Assembly: GCA_965219385.1 (NCBI GenBank)
Contig: CBDCNM010000002.1
Coordinates: 2,536,936-2,600,935 of the forward strand
DNA: 64,000 nucleotides
Source: Candidatus Latescibacterota bacterium
GTDB lineage: Bacteria; Latescibacterota; UBA2968; UBA8231
Reading direction: 5' to 3'
Under the pieces are notes generated by a model. It was not told where the DNA came from, did not search any database, and worked only from the letters and a program-made list of their open reading frames with translations. The position numbers and the translations under genes are program-made. Below are positions 29,960-38,602 of this stretch, in pieces. Position 1 is the stretch's first letter. The number at the start of each line of letters is the position of its first letter.

Positions 29960-32108
29960 GAGTCCATACCTCCTGGGGAGTACATACCGCACTGCCATCG
30001 GCGCTCCCGTCGGGGCCTTGCTCCTAGTGATAGGGGGGTGCATGGGTCTGCGAGACGAGGTGGATGTGCCCGCGCGCTCCGAGGCTTTCCTACAAGCCTA
30101 TAATGAAGGGCTGGATTTTTTAGAGCACTATCGCCTGCGCGAGGCTGAACGGGCTTTTGAACGCTGTGTGTACCTGGAGAGCCAAGCCCACGAGGGGTAC
30201 TGGCAATTGGGGCGTTTGCAGTTGGTGCAGGGGCGCATAGAAGAAGGCATCCAAATCCTTCAAAAGGCGCTGGCTCTGGAACCCGATCTGAGAGCGGCGC
30301 GGGAATTGATCCTGGAGACCTACCTGGGACACGGTCGGGCGGCCTTACAGGGAGGGCGTTTCACCGAGGCCAAAAGTTATTTCACGGGTGCGTTGGGCGA
30401 AGATCCCAAGGGCTATGAGCCACTTTACCAGTCGGCCGTACTCGCCATGTGGATGGACGACTACGAAGAGGCAGATTCCCTGCTCAAAAAGGCCATTGAC
30501 TGGCACCTTGAGGTCCTGGAGTTGAAGTGGCATCTCAAGCTGGTAGAGGAGCGTTTGGGACGGGACGGAAGTGGCCTGCCGGAGAAGTACTGGTTTGCGG
30601 ACGGGATTGCGGCTGAGGGAAGTTTCAGCAGCCGCTTTACCGAGATAGGCCGCAGCGCGGGTGTGGCCAAATTCGACAGGGGGCGCAGCAGTGCCTGGGC
30701 CGACTACGACGGGGACGGAGATCTGGACCTGGTGGTCCTGGGGCATCCGGCCCTGGCCTACTACCGCAATGAAGGGGGACGCTTTGTCGAGCAGACCACG
30801 GGGGCCGGGCTGGTATTGCCCGAAGGAGGGATCGGGGTCCAGATCGCCGACTATGACAACGACGGGGACGCGGACGTGTACATCACCCGGGATGGGTGGT
30901 TTGGGGGAGGGCAGAACCGGCTCTTTCAGAACGACGGCCGGGGACGTTTTGCCGACGTGACCGAGGTGGCCGGGGCCGGAGATTCGGGGTCTAGCTTCTG
31001 CGCGGCCTGGGGGGATTTCGACCGGGACGGCTGGTTGGACATCTACGTTGCCAACGGCACTGGAGCCACCGGGGACTCCACCAATGTGCTGTATCGCAAC
31101 AAAGGGGACGGGCGCTTCGCCGACGTGGCTGCGCAAGCCGGGGTAGCGCACCGAGGACAGAGCCTGAGCACGGCCTTCGGGGACTATGACGGAGACGGGC
31201 ACCCGGACCTCTACGTGTGCAATTTTACCGAGCCGAACGTGCTGTATCACAACGAGGGGGATGGGCGCTTCGCCGACGTCACCCAAGCGGCGGGAGTTGC
31301 CGCTGAGCACATCGATGGCTTCATTACCTTTTTCTTAGACTACAATAACGACGGACTCTTGGATATCTTTGTGGCCAACTGGAGCCAGTACGAAGTGGTT
31401 CTGGAGGACCGTGTGGCCGGCCGGGCAACCCGGGCGCGAGAGGTGCCGGCGCTGTATCGCAACGAGGGGGATGGGCGCTTCGCCGACGTCACCCAAGCGG
31501 CGGGTCTCGCCCGGGCCCTGGGCACGATGAGCGGGGTGCCGGGGGACGTGGACAACGACGGGTTCGTGGACATTTATTTGGGCAATGGTGGGCCCAAGAT
31601 GGGACGGCGGGAGCCGGATACCCTGTACCGCAACAGGGGGGATGGCACTTTTGTGGACGTCACCGCCCAGATGGGACTGGGCCACGTGGGCAAGTCACAC
31701 GGAGTTACCTTTGCCGATTTTGACACCGACGGCGATCTGGATCTGTACGTGCCGGTCGGGGGCGCCCACCCGGGAGACCAGTGGGAGAACGCCCTCTACC
31801 GCAACGAGGGCTCAGACCACCACTGGATCGCCTTCAAGCTGCGGGGCAGGCGCAGCAACCGGGACGGGATCGGCGCCCGGGTGAGAGTGAAAGCCGACGA
31901 GCTGTCCCAGTACGCCGAGGTGGCGTCTGGGTACAGTTTTGGCTGCACCAGCAGCCTGGCGCTGGAGTTCGGGCTGGGAGAGCGCCGGCGGGTGGACGAA
32001 GTCGAGGTGAAGTGGCCGAGCGGCCAGGTGGATCTGTACCGGGACCTTCCAGTGGATCTCTACTTAGTACTGGAAGAAGGGGCGCCAGCGCCCAGGGCGA
32101 TGAGGTGA
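29952..32108 (+). CDS. TPR + FG-GAP/CRTAC1 (ASPIC-UnbV) protein, ~718 aa
   Basis: ATG 29952 overlapping the upstream stop; IGG-C lipobox; N-terminal TPRs; DYDGDGDLDL repeats; LEFGLG...WPSG. Confidence 0.9.
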   Translation: MNKSPYLLGSTYRTAIGAPVGALLLVIGGCMGLRDEVDVPARSEAFLQAYNEGLDFLEHYRLREAERAFERCVYLESQAHEGYWQLGRLQLVQGRIEEGIQILQKALALEPDLRAARELILETYLGHGRAALQGGRFTEAKSYFTGALGEDPKGYEPLYQSAVLAMWMDDYEEADSLLKKAIDWHLEVLELKWHLKLVEERLGRDGSGLPEKYWFADGIAAEGSFSSRFTEIGRSAGVAKFDRGRSSAWADYDGDGDLDLVVLGHPALAYYRNEGGRFVEQTTGAGLVLPEGGIGVQIADYDNDGDADVYITRDGWFGGGQNRLFQNDGRGRFADVTEVAGAGDSGSSFCAAWGDFDRDGWLDIYVANGTGATGDSTNVLYRNKGDGRFADVAAQAGVAHRGQSLSTAFGDYDGDGHPDLYVCNFTEPNVLYHNEGDGRFADVTQAAGVAAEHIDGFITFFLDYNNDGLLDIFVANWSQYEVVLEDRVAGRATRAREVPALYRNEGDGRFADVTQAAGLARALGTMSGVPGDVDNDGFVDIYLGNGGPKMGRREPDTLYRNRGDGTFVDVTAQMGLGHVGKSHGVTFADFDTDGDLDLYVPVGGAHPGDQWENALYRNEGSDHHWIAFKLRGRRSNRDGIGARVRVKADELSQYAEVASGYSFGCTSSLALEFGLGERRRVDEVEVKWPSGQVDLYRDLPVDLYLVLEEGAPAPRAMR

Positions 32109-32109
32109 G

Positions 32110-33519
32110 ATGAGAACGCTTCTGAAGCTCTTTTGCGCCTGCCTTCTCAGTCTGTGCGCTGTGGCCTGCGAAAGGAAGCTCGATGCTTCGGGCTGGCATC
32201 AGAGAACGCGGGAATTGATCGGCGATGAGGAGTTGCGCGCCCTGCCCAGGCAGGTGCGGACCGAGGCGGAGTACTGCGCCGAGCAAGCCTTGGCTCTGGA
32301 CTCGACCCTGACCGAGGCGGCTTTTGCCCTGGCCGAGCTGTATTGCGCTCGGGGCGCGTACGAGGAGGCGACCCGAGTCTACCGCGGTCTGGTCGAGCAG
32401 CATCCCGACATGATGGGCGCAGCCTACGCCGGACTGGGGTTGAGCATGGCAGCGCAGGGGCGGTACACTGCGGCGATGCGGGCCTACCAGGACGCGCTGA
32501 GGCGCGGCGAGCAGTCCGCCCAGGTGTACGCGCGTCTGGGGCACGTGTACCAAGCCCTGGGGCACAGACGGGAAAACCTTCTGTCAGCAGAGGCTTCGTA
32601 CCGGGCTTGCCTGCGGGCCGATGCAGGGCAGCCGGATGTGCTTTTCCACCTGGCGCGGGTGCTGGTGCGATTGCAGCGGCCCGAAGAAGCCCTATCGCTG
32701 TACCAACAGGCCCTGAAGCTGGCTCCCCGGGATAGTGGGATACGGGTGGAGCTGGCCGCGCTCTACAAGAGCTTAGGGCAACGGGATAGGGCCGGAGGGA
32801 TACTGAGCGCTGGCCTGACTGAGCAAGCCGAGGATGCGGTACTGCATTTTGAGTTGGGCCGGATGCTGTGGGAAGAGGGCGCTGGAGAGGAGGCCCTGGA
32901 GCAGTTTCAGAAGGCGCTTGCCCGCGATTCGACCTCGACCTATATTCATCGCTACATCGGGCTGATCCACAGTACCCAGGGACGGACAGCAGCGGCGCTG
33001 GGTGCGTATCGCCGGCTGGAAGTGCGGCGGCCAGACGACCCTTCGGTCAAAGTGAACATCGGCATTGTGTACAGCCAGCAGGGGAATTACGGTGAAGCGG
33101 AGAAAGCCTTCAAGGCGGCTCTGCAAATAGGCCGTGATGGTGGGGATTCCGCGCTCAAACTGGGCGGGTTGTACATGCATCAGAGGCGTTATCAGGAGGC
33201 GATCAAGGTCTTCAGAAAAGCCTCAGAGCAATACCCCGAGAACGCCGAAATACACGCCTCCCTGGGAAATGCGTACCGCGTCGTAGGGAGGCTGGGTGCG
33301 GCCCTGGACGTGGGGCTGGAAGCGGTGCGTTTGGAACCTGAAAAGGCACTGTGGCAGGCCCATCTGGCCGCCACGTACGAGCGCCTCGATCCGCAGCAGG
33401 CGCCAAAGGCTTGGCAAAGGTACCTCGAGCTGGCCGCAGGCGATGCCGGGGAGGCTCAGCGCCTGGAGCTGGCGCGAGAGCGCTTGCAGGGCTTGAAGAG
33501 CAAGGATTCAGCGCAATAA
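32110..33519 (+). CDS. TPR-repeat lipoprotein, 469 aa
   Basis: Lipobox AVA-C; all-helical TPR repeats. Confidence 0.88.
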   Translation: MRTLLKLFCACLLSLCAVACERKLDASGWHQRTRELIGDEELRALPRQVRTEAEYCAEQALALDSTLTEAAFALAELYCARGAYEEATRVYRGLVEQHPDMMGAAYAGLGLSMAAQGRYTAAMRAYQDALRRGEQSAQVYARLGHVYQALGHRRENLLSAEASYRACLRADAGQPDVLFHLARVLVRLQRPEEALSLYQQALKLAPRDSGIRVELAALYKSLGQRDRAGGILSAGLTEQAEDAVLHFELGRMLWEEGAGEEALEQFQKALARDSTSTYIHRYIGLIHSTQGRTAAALGAYRRLEVRRPDDPSVKVNIGIVYSQQGNYGEAEKAFKAALQIGRDGGDSALKLGGLYMHQRRYQEAIKVFRKASEQYPENAEIHASLGNAYRVVGRLGAALDVGLEAVRLEPEKALWQAHLAATYERLDPQQAPKAWQRYLELAAGDAGEAQRLELARERLQGLKSKDSAQ

Positions 33520-33537
33520 TAGGGAATAACGGGATAA

Positions 33538-35193
33538 ATGTGGATTCCCTCTATTTATGGTTTGCTGACATTCTCTCTGTTGGTGGTCACAGATGTTGAT
33601 GGTTTGCCTCGCTTCGCCGATGTGACCAAAGAGGCCGGCATTGACTTTGTCCACGTCAACGGGGCCAATGGACGGAAATACGTGATCGAGACCGTAGGGC
33701 CCGGAGGAGGCTTTCTCGATTACGACAGCGACGGCGACCTGGATATCTACCTGATCAACGGAGCCGAAGTGCGGGGCACACAGCTGCCGGAAAAGCCGAC
33801 CAACAGGCTCTACCGCAACGAGGGCAACGGCCGCTTTGCAGATGTCACTGCCGCCACGGGAACTGGAGATACTGGCTATGGCATGGGCTGTGCTGCGGCC
33901 GATATCGACAACGACGGCGACCTGGATTTCTACGTCACCAATTTCGGCACCAATGTCCTCTACCGCAACGACGGTCCCTGGCCGGGGGGCCGCTTTGCCG
34001 ATATAAGCGCCCGGGCTGGCGTGGACGACGAACGGTGGGGTAGTAGCTGCGCTTTTGCAGACGTGGACAGGGACGGATACGTGGATTTGTACGTGGCCAA
34101 CTACCACGATTTTTCCTATGCCAATCACAGGACATGCTCCGAAGGCGGCAGTGGTATAGAGCTCTACTGCGGTCCCGAGGCTTTCAACGGGGTGCGGGAT
34201 GTCCTCTATCGCAACAACGGGGACGGCACATTTGCGAATATCACGGAGACCACCGGTCTGCTGAACGCCGAGGGCAAGGAGTTGGGCGTGGTCTTTGGCG
34301 ACGTGGACCTGGACGGGGATCCGGATCTTTATCTGGCCAATGACAAGACGGCCAATTTCCTCTTTGTCAACGACGGGCAGGGCCGCTTCGAGGAAGTGGG
34401 ACTGCTGGCCGGCGCCGCGTACAACGAAGACGGAGATGTCGAGGCAGGCATGGGCGTGGACATGGGCGACTTCAACGGCGACAAGTGGCCGGACCTCTTC
34501 GTCACCAATTTCCAATGGGAGACCAATACCCTCTACCACAACTTGGGGGACGGGACTTTCGCGGACGAGACCTTTATCAGGGGTCTGGGCAAAGCCAGTA
34601 TCCCCTTTCTGAGCTGGGGCACCCGCTTTGTGGACTTTGATAATGACGGGGATCGGGATATCTTTATTGCCAACGGCCATCTCGAGAGCGAGGTAGAAAG
34701 CTACGAAAACACCACCTTTGCGCAGCGCAATCAGCTCTTTCTCAGCGATGGCCAGGGTCGCTTCGAGGAATTCAAGAAAGTGGAAGGCACGGCCCTGGCC
34801 ATCCGCAAGGTCAGCCGCGGGACGGCCTTTGGGGACTACGACAACGACGGGGACATGGACATCCTAGTGGCCAATTGCGCCGATGCCACTACTTTGATGC
34901 GCAACGATGGCGGCAACCAGAACAACTGGCTGCGGGTGCGGCTGCGGGGCACTCGGAGCAATGGCGCGGCCATCGGCGCCCGGGTCGAATTGGTCAGTGG
35001 GGCGCTGGAGCTGGTGGACGAGGTGCGCAGCGGGGCCGGTTACCTATCGCAGAGCGATCTGCGACTGTTTTTCGGGTTGGGAGCGCGCCAGCAGGTGGAC
35101 CGGCTCAAGGTCTTCTGGCCCAGCGGGCTGGTCGAAGAGGTCGAGGGTATTTCCGCCAACCAGGAGATTATCCTGATCGAGGGACAGAATTGA
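33538..35193 (+). CDS. CRTAC1/ASPIC-UnbV family FG-GAP protein, 551 aa
   Basis: F.DVTKEAGIDF.H..G; multiple DxDxDG repeats; GYLSQSDLRLFFGLG...WPSG. Confidence 0.92.
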   Translation: MWIPSIYGLLTFSLLVVTDVDGLPRFADVTKEAGIDFVHVNGANGRKYVIETVGPGGGFLDYDSDGDLDIYLINGAEVRGTQLPEKPTNRLYRNEGNGRFADVTAATGTGDTGYGMGCAAADIDNDGDLDFYVTNFGTNVLYRNDGPWPGGRFADISARAGVDDERWGSSCAFADVDRDGYVDLYVANYHDFSYANHRTCSEGGSGIELYCGPEAFNGVRDVLYRNNGDGTFANITETTGLLNAEGKELGVVFGDVDLDGDPDLYLANDKTANFLFVNDGQGRFEEVGLLAGAAYNEDGDVEAGMGVDMGDFNGDKWPDLFVTNFQWETNTLYHNLGDGTFADETFIRGLGKASIPFLSWGTRFVDFDNDGDRDIFIANGHLESEVESYENTTFAQRNQLFLSDGQGRFEEFKKVEGTALAIRKVSRGTAFGDYDNDGDMDILVANCADATTLMRNDGGNQNNWLRVRLRGTRSNGAAIGARVELVSGALELVDEVRSGAGYLSQSDLRLFFGLGARQQVDRLKVFWPSGLVEEVEGISANQEIILIEGQN

Positions 35194-35241
35194 CCGGGCG
35201 CACGCATCAGAACGATGTGGGAGACCAGATCGGAAAAGCGG

Positions 35242-36879
35242 ATGATTAAACCCGTTCGCCAACACCTTCTGGGGGCTTCGGTGGGTCTGTGCCTGCTCTT
35301 GGGCGGCTGCCAAAACCCGGGTCCGGTTGAGGAGGAGGAAGACCTAGTACTGGCCGAAGTCGAGAATCGGGTCGTCACCCTGTCCGCGTACCGGCGACAT
35401 GTGGAGCGGGTACCGGCTGCTCTCCGTGAAGAGGTGAGACCTCAACGCCTCCTGCAGGCGATCATCGACGAGGAGCTACTCCTGCAGGAGGCGCAGCGGC
35501 GCGGCCTGGAGCAGTTTGCCGAGGTGAGACAGGCGCTGCAAAAGAAAGCCCGGGAATTGGCCCTGGGCGAGCTCTACCGCCGCGAGGGCATTGAGACCCC
35601 CGCACCATCCGAAGAGGGACTGCGGACGTATTTCGCCCGCAGTCCCTACAACCGCCGGGTGCGCTTCAGTCTGTTGATGGTTAAGGATCCGGAGAAGATT
35701 CCCCCGCTCGTACAGCAATTGAAAGAAGGGGCCGATTTCGAGGCGCTCTCCATACAGCACTCGCAGGACCTGCGCATACTCAGCCGCAATGCGGATATGG
35801 GCTACCACCGCTGGGGCGAGACCATGCCTTCGCATCAGGCGCTCACCGCCCAGGCCTTTACCATGCAGCCAGGTCAGATCGCCGGTCCCATGCAGGTGGC
35901 CGACGGGTACTTCCTGATCAAGGTCACGGACGTCCATCCGATCAGTTTCGAGCAGGAACGGGAGACCATCGCCCGGCTGGTAATGCAAGAACAGCTGGCC
36001 GGCCAGTTGGCCGGCCTGTGCGCCCGCCTGCAACAGCGCTACGAACTGCAGGTCGACGAGCAGGGCGTAAAGGCCCTTTGGGAAGCAGTGGAGGGAAACG
36101 CCACCGCTGCTTCCCGGATGGTTCTCACCCACACAGGGGGCTCCCTGAGTCTGGAGCAAGGTCTCGAATTGTTGCAGACAGGAGACGGCGGTGTCCCGTC
36201 CAGCCTGGAGGATCTGCGCCAGCGTCTGGTCCGGCAGACCTGCCGCCAGGTCCTGATGCCTCTGGAGATCGAGCGGCTCGGCCTGGCCGAGTCGGCCCTG
36301 GTGCAGGCGGGGCTGGAGAAGGCCCGCAAACAGCTGCTGATCCGCCGGCTGGAGCGTCAGATCACTGCCCGCCCGGCCTCTCCCAACCAGAGCTTGTTGC
36401 GGCTCTACTTCGAGAACAACAAGAAGCGCTATCTCCAGTCCGTCCGGGTGGAGGCCAGGCGGATGCCCGTACGTGATCCCGAAACCGGCCGGCAGGTCAT
36501 GGCGCAATTGCGGGCCGGGGAGGACACCCTGTCTCTGGTCGAGCGCTTTGTGGACGTGACCTACAACGGCGGCGCCCTGAAGGACACCGACCCTATCGAT
36601 CGGGCCCTTCTGTCCGAAGAGGGCTCCATCCACGGACCTTTTGCGACCGAGCACGGCTATATCGTCCTCCAGGTCCTCCGTCGTCTTCCGGCGCAGGTGC
36701 CGCCGCTGGAACAGATCGAGGCGCAGGTAGCGGCCGATTTCCGCGAGGAACAGGGCAAACAGCTCTTTCAGTCCTTTCTCCGCCAGTTGAGGGAACGCCG
36801 TGCCGGACAGGTCAAAATCTACCTGCAGCGCCTCCACAGGTTGAAGTCGGTCTCTCAGGAGGTGAGCGAGCGAAGATGA
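35242..36879 (+). CDS. PpiC/parvulin-type PPIase/chaperone lipoprotein, ~545 aa
   Basis: Lipobox LGG-C; GADFEALSIQHSQD...GPMQVADGYFLIKV and second degenerate rotamase domain GPFATEHGYIVLQV. Confidence 0.85.
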   Translation: MIKPVRQHLLGASVGLCLLLGGCQNPGPVEEEEDLVLAEVENRVVTLSAYRRHVERVPAALREEVRPQRLLQAIIDEELLLQEAQRRGLEQFAEVRQALQKKARELALGELYRREGIETPAPSEEGLRTYFARSPYNRRVRFSLLMVKDPEKIPPLVQQLKEGADFEALSIQHSQDLRILSRNADMGYHRWGETMPSHQALTAQAFTMQPGQIAGPMQVADGYFLIKVTDVHPISFEQERETIARLVMQEQLAGQLAGLCARLQQRYELQVDEQGVKALWEAVEGNATAASRMVLTHTGGSLSLEQGLELLQTGDGGVPSSLEDLRQRLVRQTCRQVLMPLEIERLGLAESALVQAGLEKARKQLLIRRLERQITARPASPNQSLLRLYFENNKKRYLQSVRVEARRMPVRDPETGRQVMAQLRAGEDTLSLVERFVDVTYNGGALKDTDPIDRALLSEEGSIHGPFATEHGYIVLQVLRRLPAQVPPLEQIEAQVAADFREEQGKQLFQSFLRQLRERRAGQVKIYLQRLHRLKSVSQEVSERR

Positions 36880-37928
36880 ATGGCATTGCCGTGCCTTTCC
36901 AGCGGGCCTATATCACCGACCGCAAAAACGACTATATCTGGTTTTTGGGCTTGCCTTTCGCGGCGGTCGCCTTCGCCCTGGCGGCACAGCAGCATCTGCC
37001 GGGAGGGGCCCTGGCCGCCATCGCCCTGTGGGTCACCGTCCCGCACCACTTCGCCACCTGGCTGCGGGTCTACGCCTCGCCCGCCGAGTTTTCGCGCTGG
37101 CGGGAGCGCTTCGTCGCAGGTCCGGTAGTCCTGGTCCTGATGACCTATGTGCTGATGCGCTATGCGCCGCTGAGTCTGGTGCTCATCGTCACCCTGTGGG
37201 ACCACCAGCACAGCTTGATGCAGCAGTACGGTTTCGCGCGGATCTACGATTTCAAAGCCCGGGCCGGCGCCCCCAGTACCAGCCGATTCGACTTCTACTT
37301 CAACTGGATCTTCTTCGTCAATATGCTGGTGGTCTCGCCCCTGTTCTCGAACATCTGGGTGCGCATGCTGTACGAGTGGCACTTGCCCGTCGGCGCCGGG
37401 ACCGTGCAGCTGGTACACCGGATATCCTGGACTCTCACCCTGGGCTATCTGGCCGTGTACGCCGGGCACGCGCTGTGGTGCATCCGCCGGGGTTACCCGC
37501 TCAACCCGCTCAAGTACCTTTTCCTCTTCGCCAGTTATTTCCTCTGGTACTACGCCAGCTTCACCACCCACTACCTGCTGGCCTTCGCCGTGGCGCACCG
37601 CATCATGCACGGCGTGCAGTACATCGTCATGGTCTACTTCTACAACCGCAACAAGGTCGAGCGCACGGGCGGGGATTCCTCCCTGCTGGCCTATCTGGGC
37701 CAACCCGAACACCTCAAGGCCTTCCTACTCCTCTGCGCCGCCTACGCCCTGGTCTTCCACGCTTTGACCGAAGGGCACGGACGCGATTTCGGCTTCGGTC
37801 TCGTCGGCTTCAACACCAATTTCGACCTCTTCAGCTATTCCCTGATCAGCTCTTTCTCCCTGCTCCACTACTACTACGACGCCTTCATCTGGAAGGTGCG
37901 GAGAAAGGAAGTCCAGCAGGGCCTCTAG
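36876..37928 (+). CDS. integral membrane protein with conserved His motifs, 350 aa
   Basis: About 9-10 TM segments; PHHFATW, WDHQH, HRIMHGVQY, LLHYYYDAFIW. Confidence 0.8.
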   Translation: MNGIAVPFQRAYITDRKNDYIWFLGLPFAAVAFALAAQQHLPGGALAAIALWVTVPHHFATWLRVYASPAEFSRWRERFVAGPVVLVLMTYVLMRYAPLSLVLIVTLWDHQHSLMQQYGFARIYDFKARAGAPSTSRFDFYFNWIFFVNMLVVSPLFSNIWVRMLYEWHLPVGAGTVQLVHRISWTLTLGYLAVYAGHALWCIRRGYPLNPLKYLFLFASYFLWYYASFTTHYLLAFAVAHRIMHGVQYIVMVYFYNRNKVERTGGDSSLLAYLGQPEHLKAFLLLCAAYALVFHALTEGHGRDFGFGLVGFNTNFDLFSYSLISSFSLLHYYYDAFIWKVRRKEVQQGL

Positions 37929-37933
37929 AGACG

Positions 37934-38428
37934 ATGAAACCCATGCGCTTGCTGACCCCCCTGCACTCGTTGTGGCTTTTGGGGGTCGTCGCCCTCCTCG
38001 GCGGCGCTCTGGCCTTGTTCGAACACCACCAGACACGCCTTCACCAGCACCTGCAGGACCGGTTGCATCCGCAGGGACAGCCCCGGTTGAAGGGCGAGTC
38101 CCTGCAGGAACTGGCGCAGGTGCTGCTCGAACTCTACCCGGAAGGGGCCGAGGCCCATCTGCTGATGGGCACCGCCCTGGCCGAACAGGGCCGGCTTGCC
38201 CAGGCCCGTCCGTACCTGGAAAAGGCCCTCCAGATCGACCGGCGCAACCAGAACCTGCTCTTCATCTACGCCCGTCTGCTGCTGGATATGGGGGAAGATC
38301 CCGAGCAGATCAAGGGGATCGTCGACGAGATCCGGCGCTACTTCCCCCGGTCCCGGGAGAAGATGGAGGAGTACTTCGAACAGGCGTCAAAAGGGAAGAT
38401 CCGCTTCGAGGAAGAGGCCGTTTACTAG
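37934..38428 (+). CDS. membrane-anchored TPR protein, ~164 aa
   Basis: N-terminal TM helix then AHLLMGTALAEQGRLAQARPYLEKALQID; this is the real part of ORF 37028-38428. Confidence 0.75.
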   Translation: MKPMRLLTPLHSLWLLGVVALLGGALALFEHHQTRLHQHLQDRLHPQGQPRLKGESLQELAQVLLELYPEGAEAHLLMGTALAEQGRLAQARPYLEKALQIDRRNQNLLFIYARLLLDMGEDPEQIKGIVDEIRRYFPRSREKMEEYFEQASKGKIRFEEEAVY

Positions 38429-38602
38429 ACGATCCAGGATTTTTGAACTTCGCTAGCCATGCGATATTTGACCATCAAGTTGAAATCACTGACCCGAAAT
38501 CAAGAGGCATTGGGCCAGCGACAAAGCAGAGCTGCCTCAGGGCCTGCGCCAATATTTCGCTTTTCACCGCGAGGACGGCCGATATCCGCTTCCCGTCTAG
38601 CG

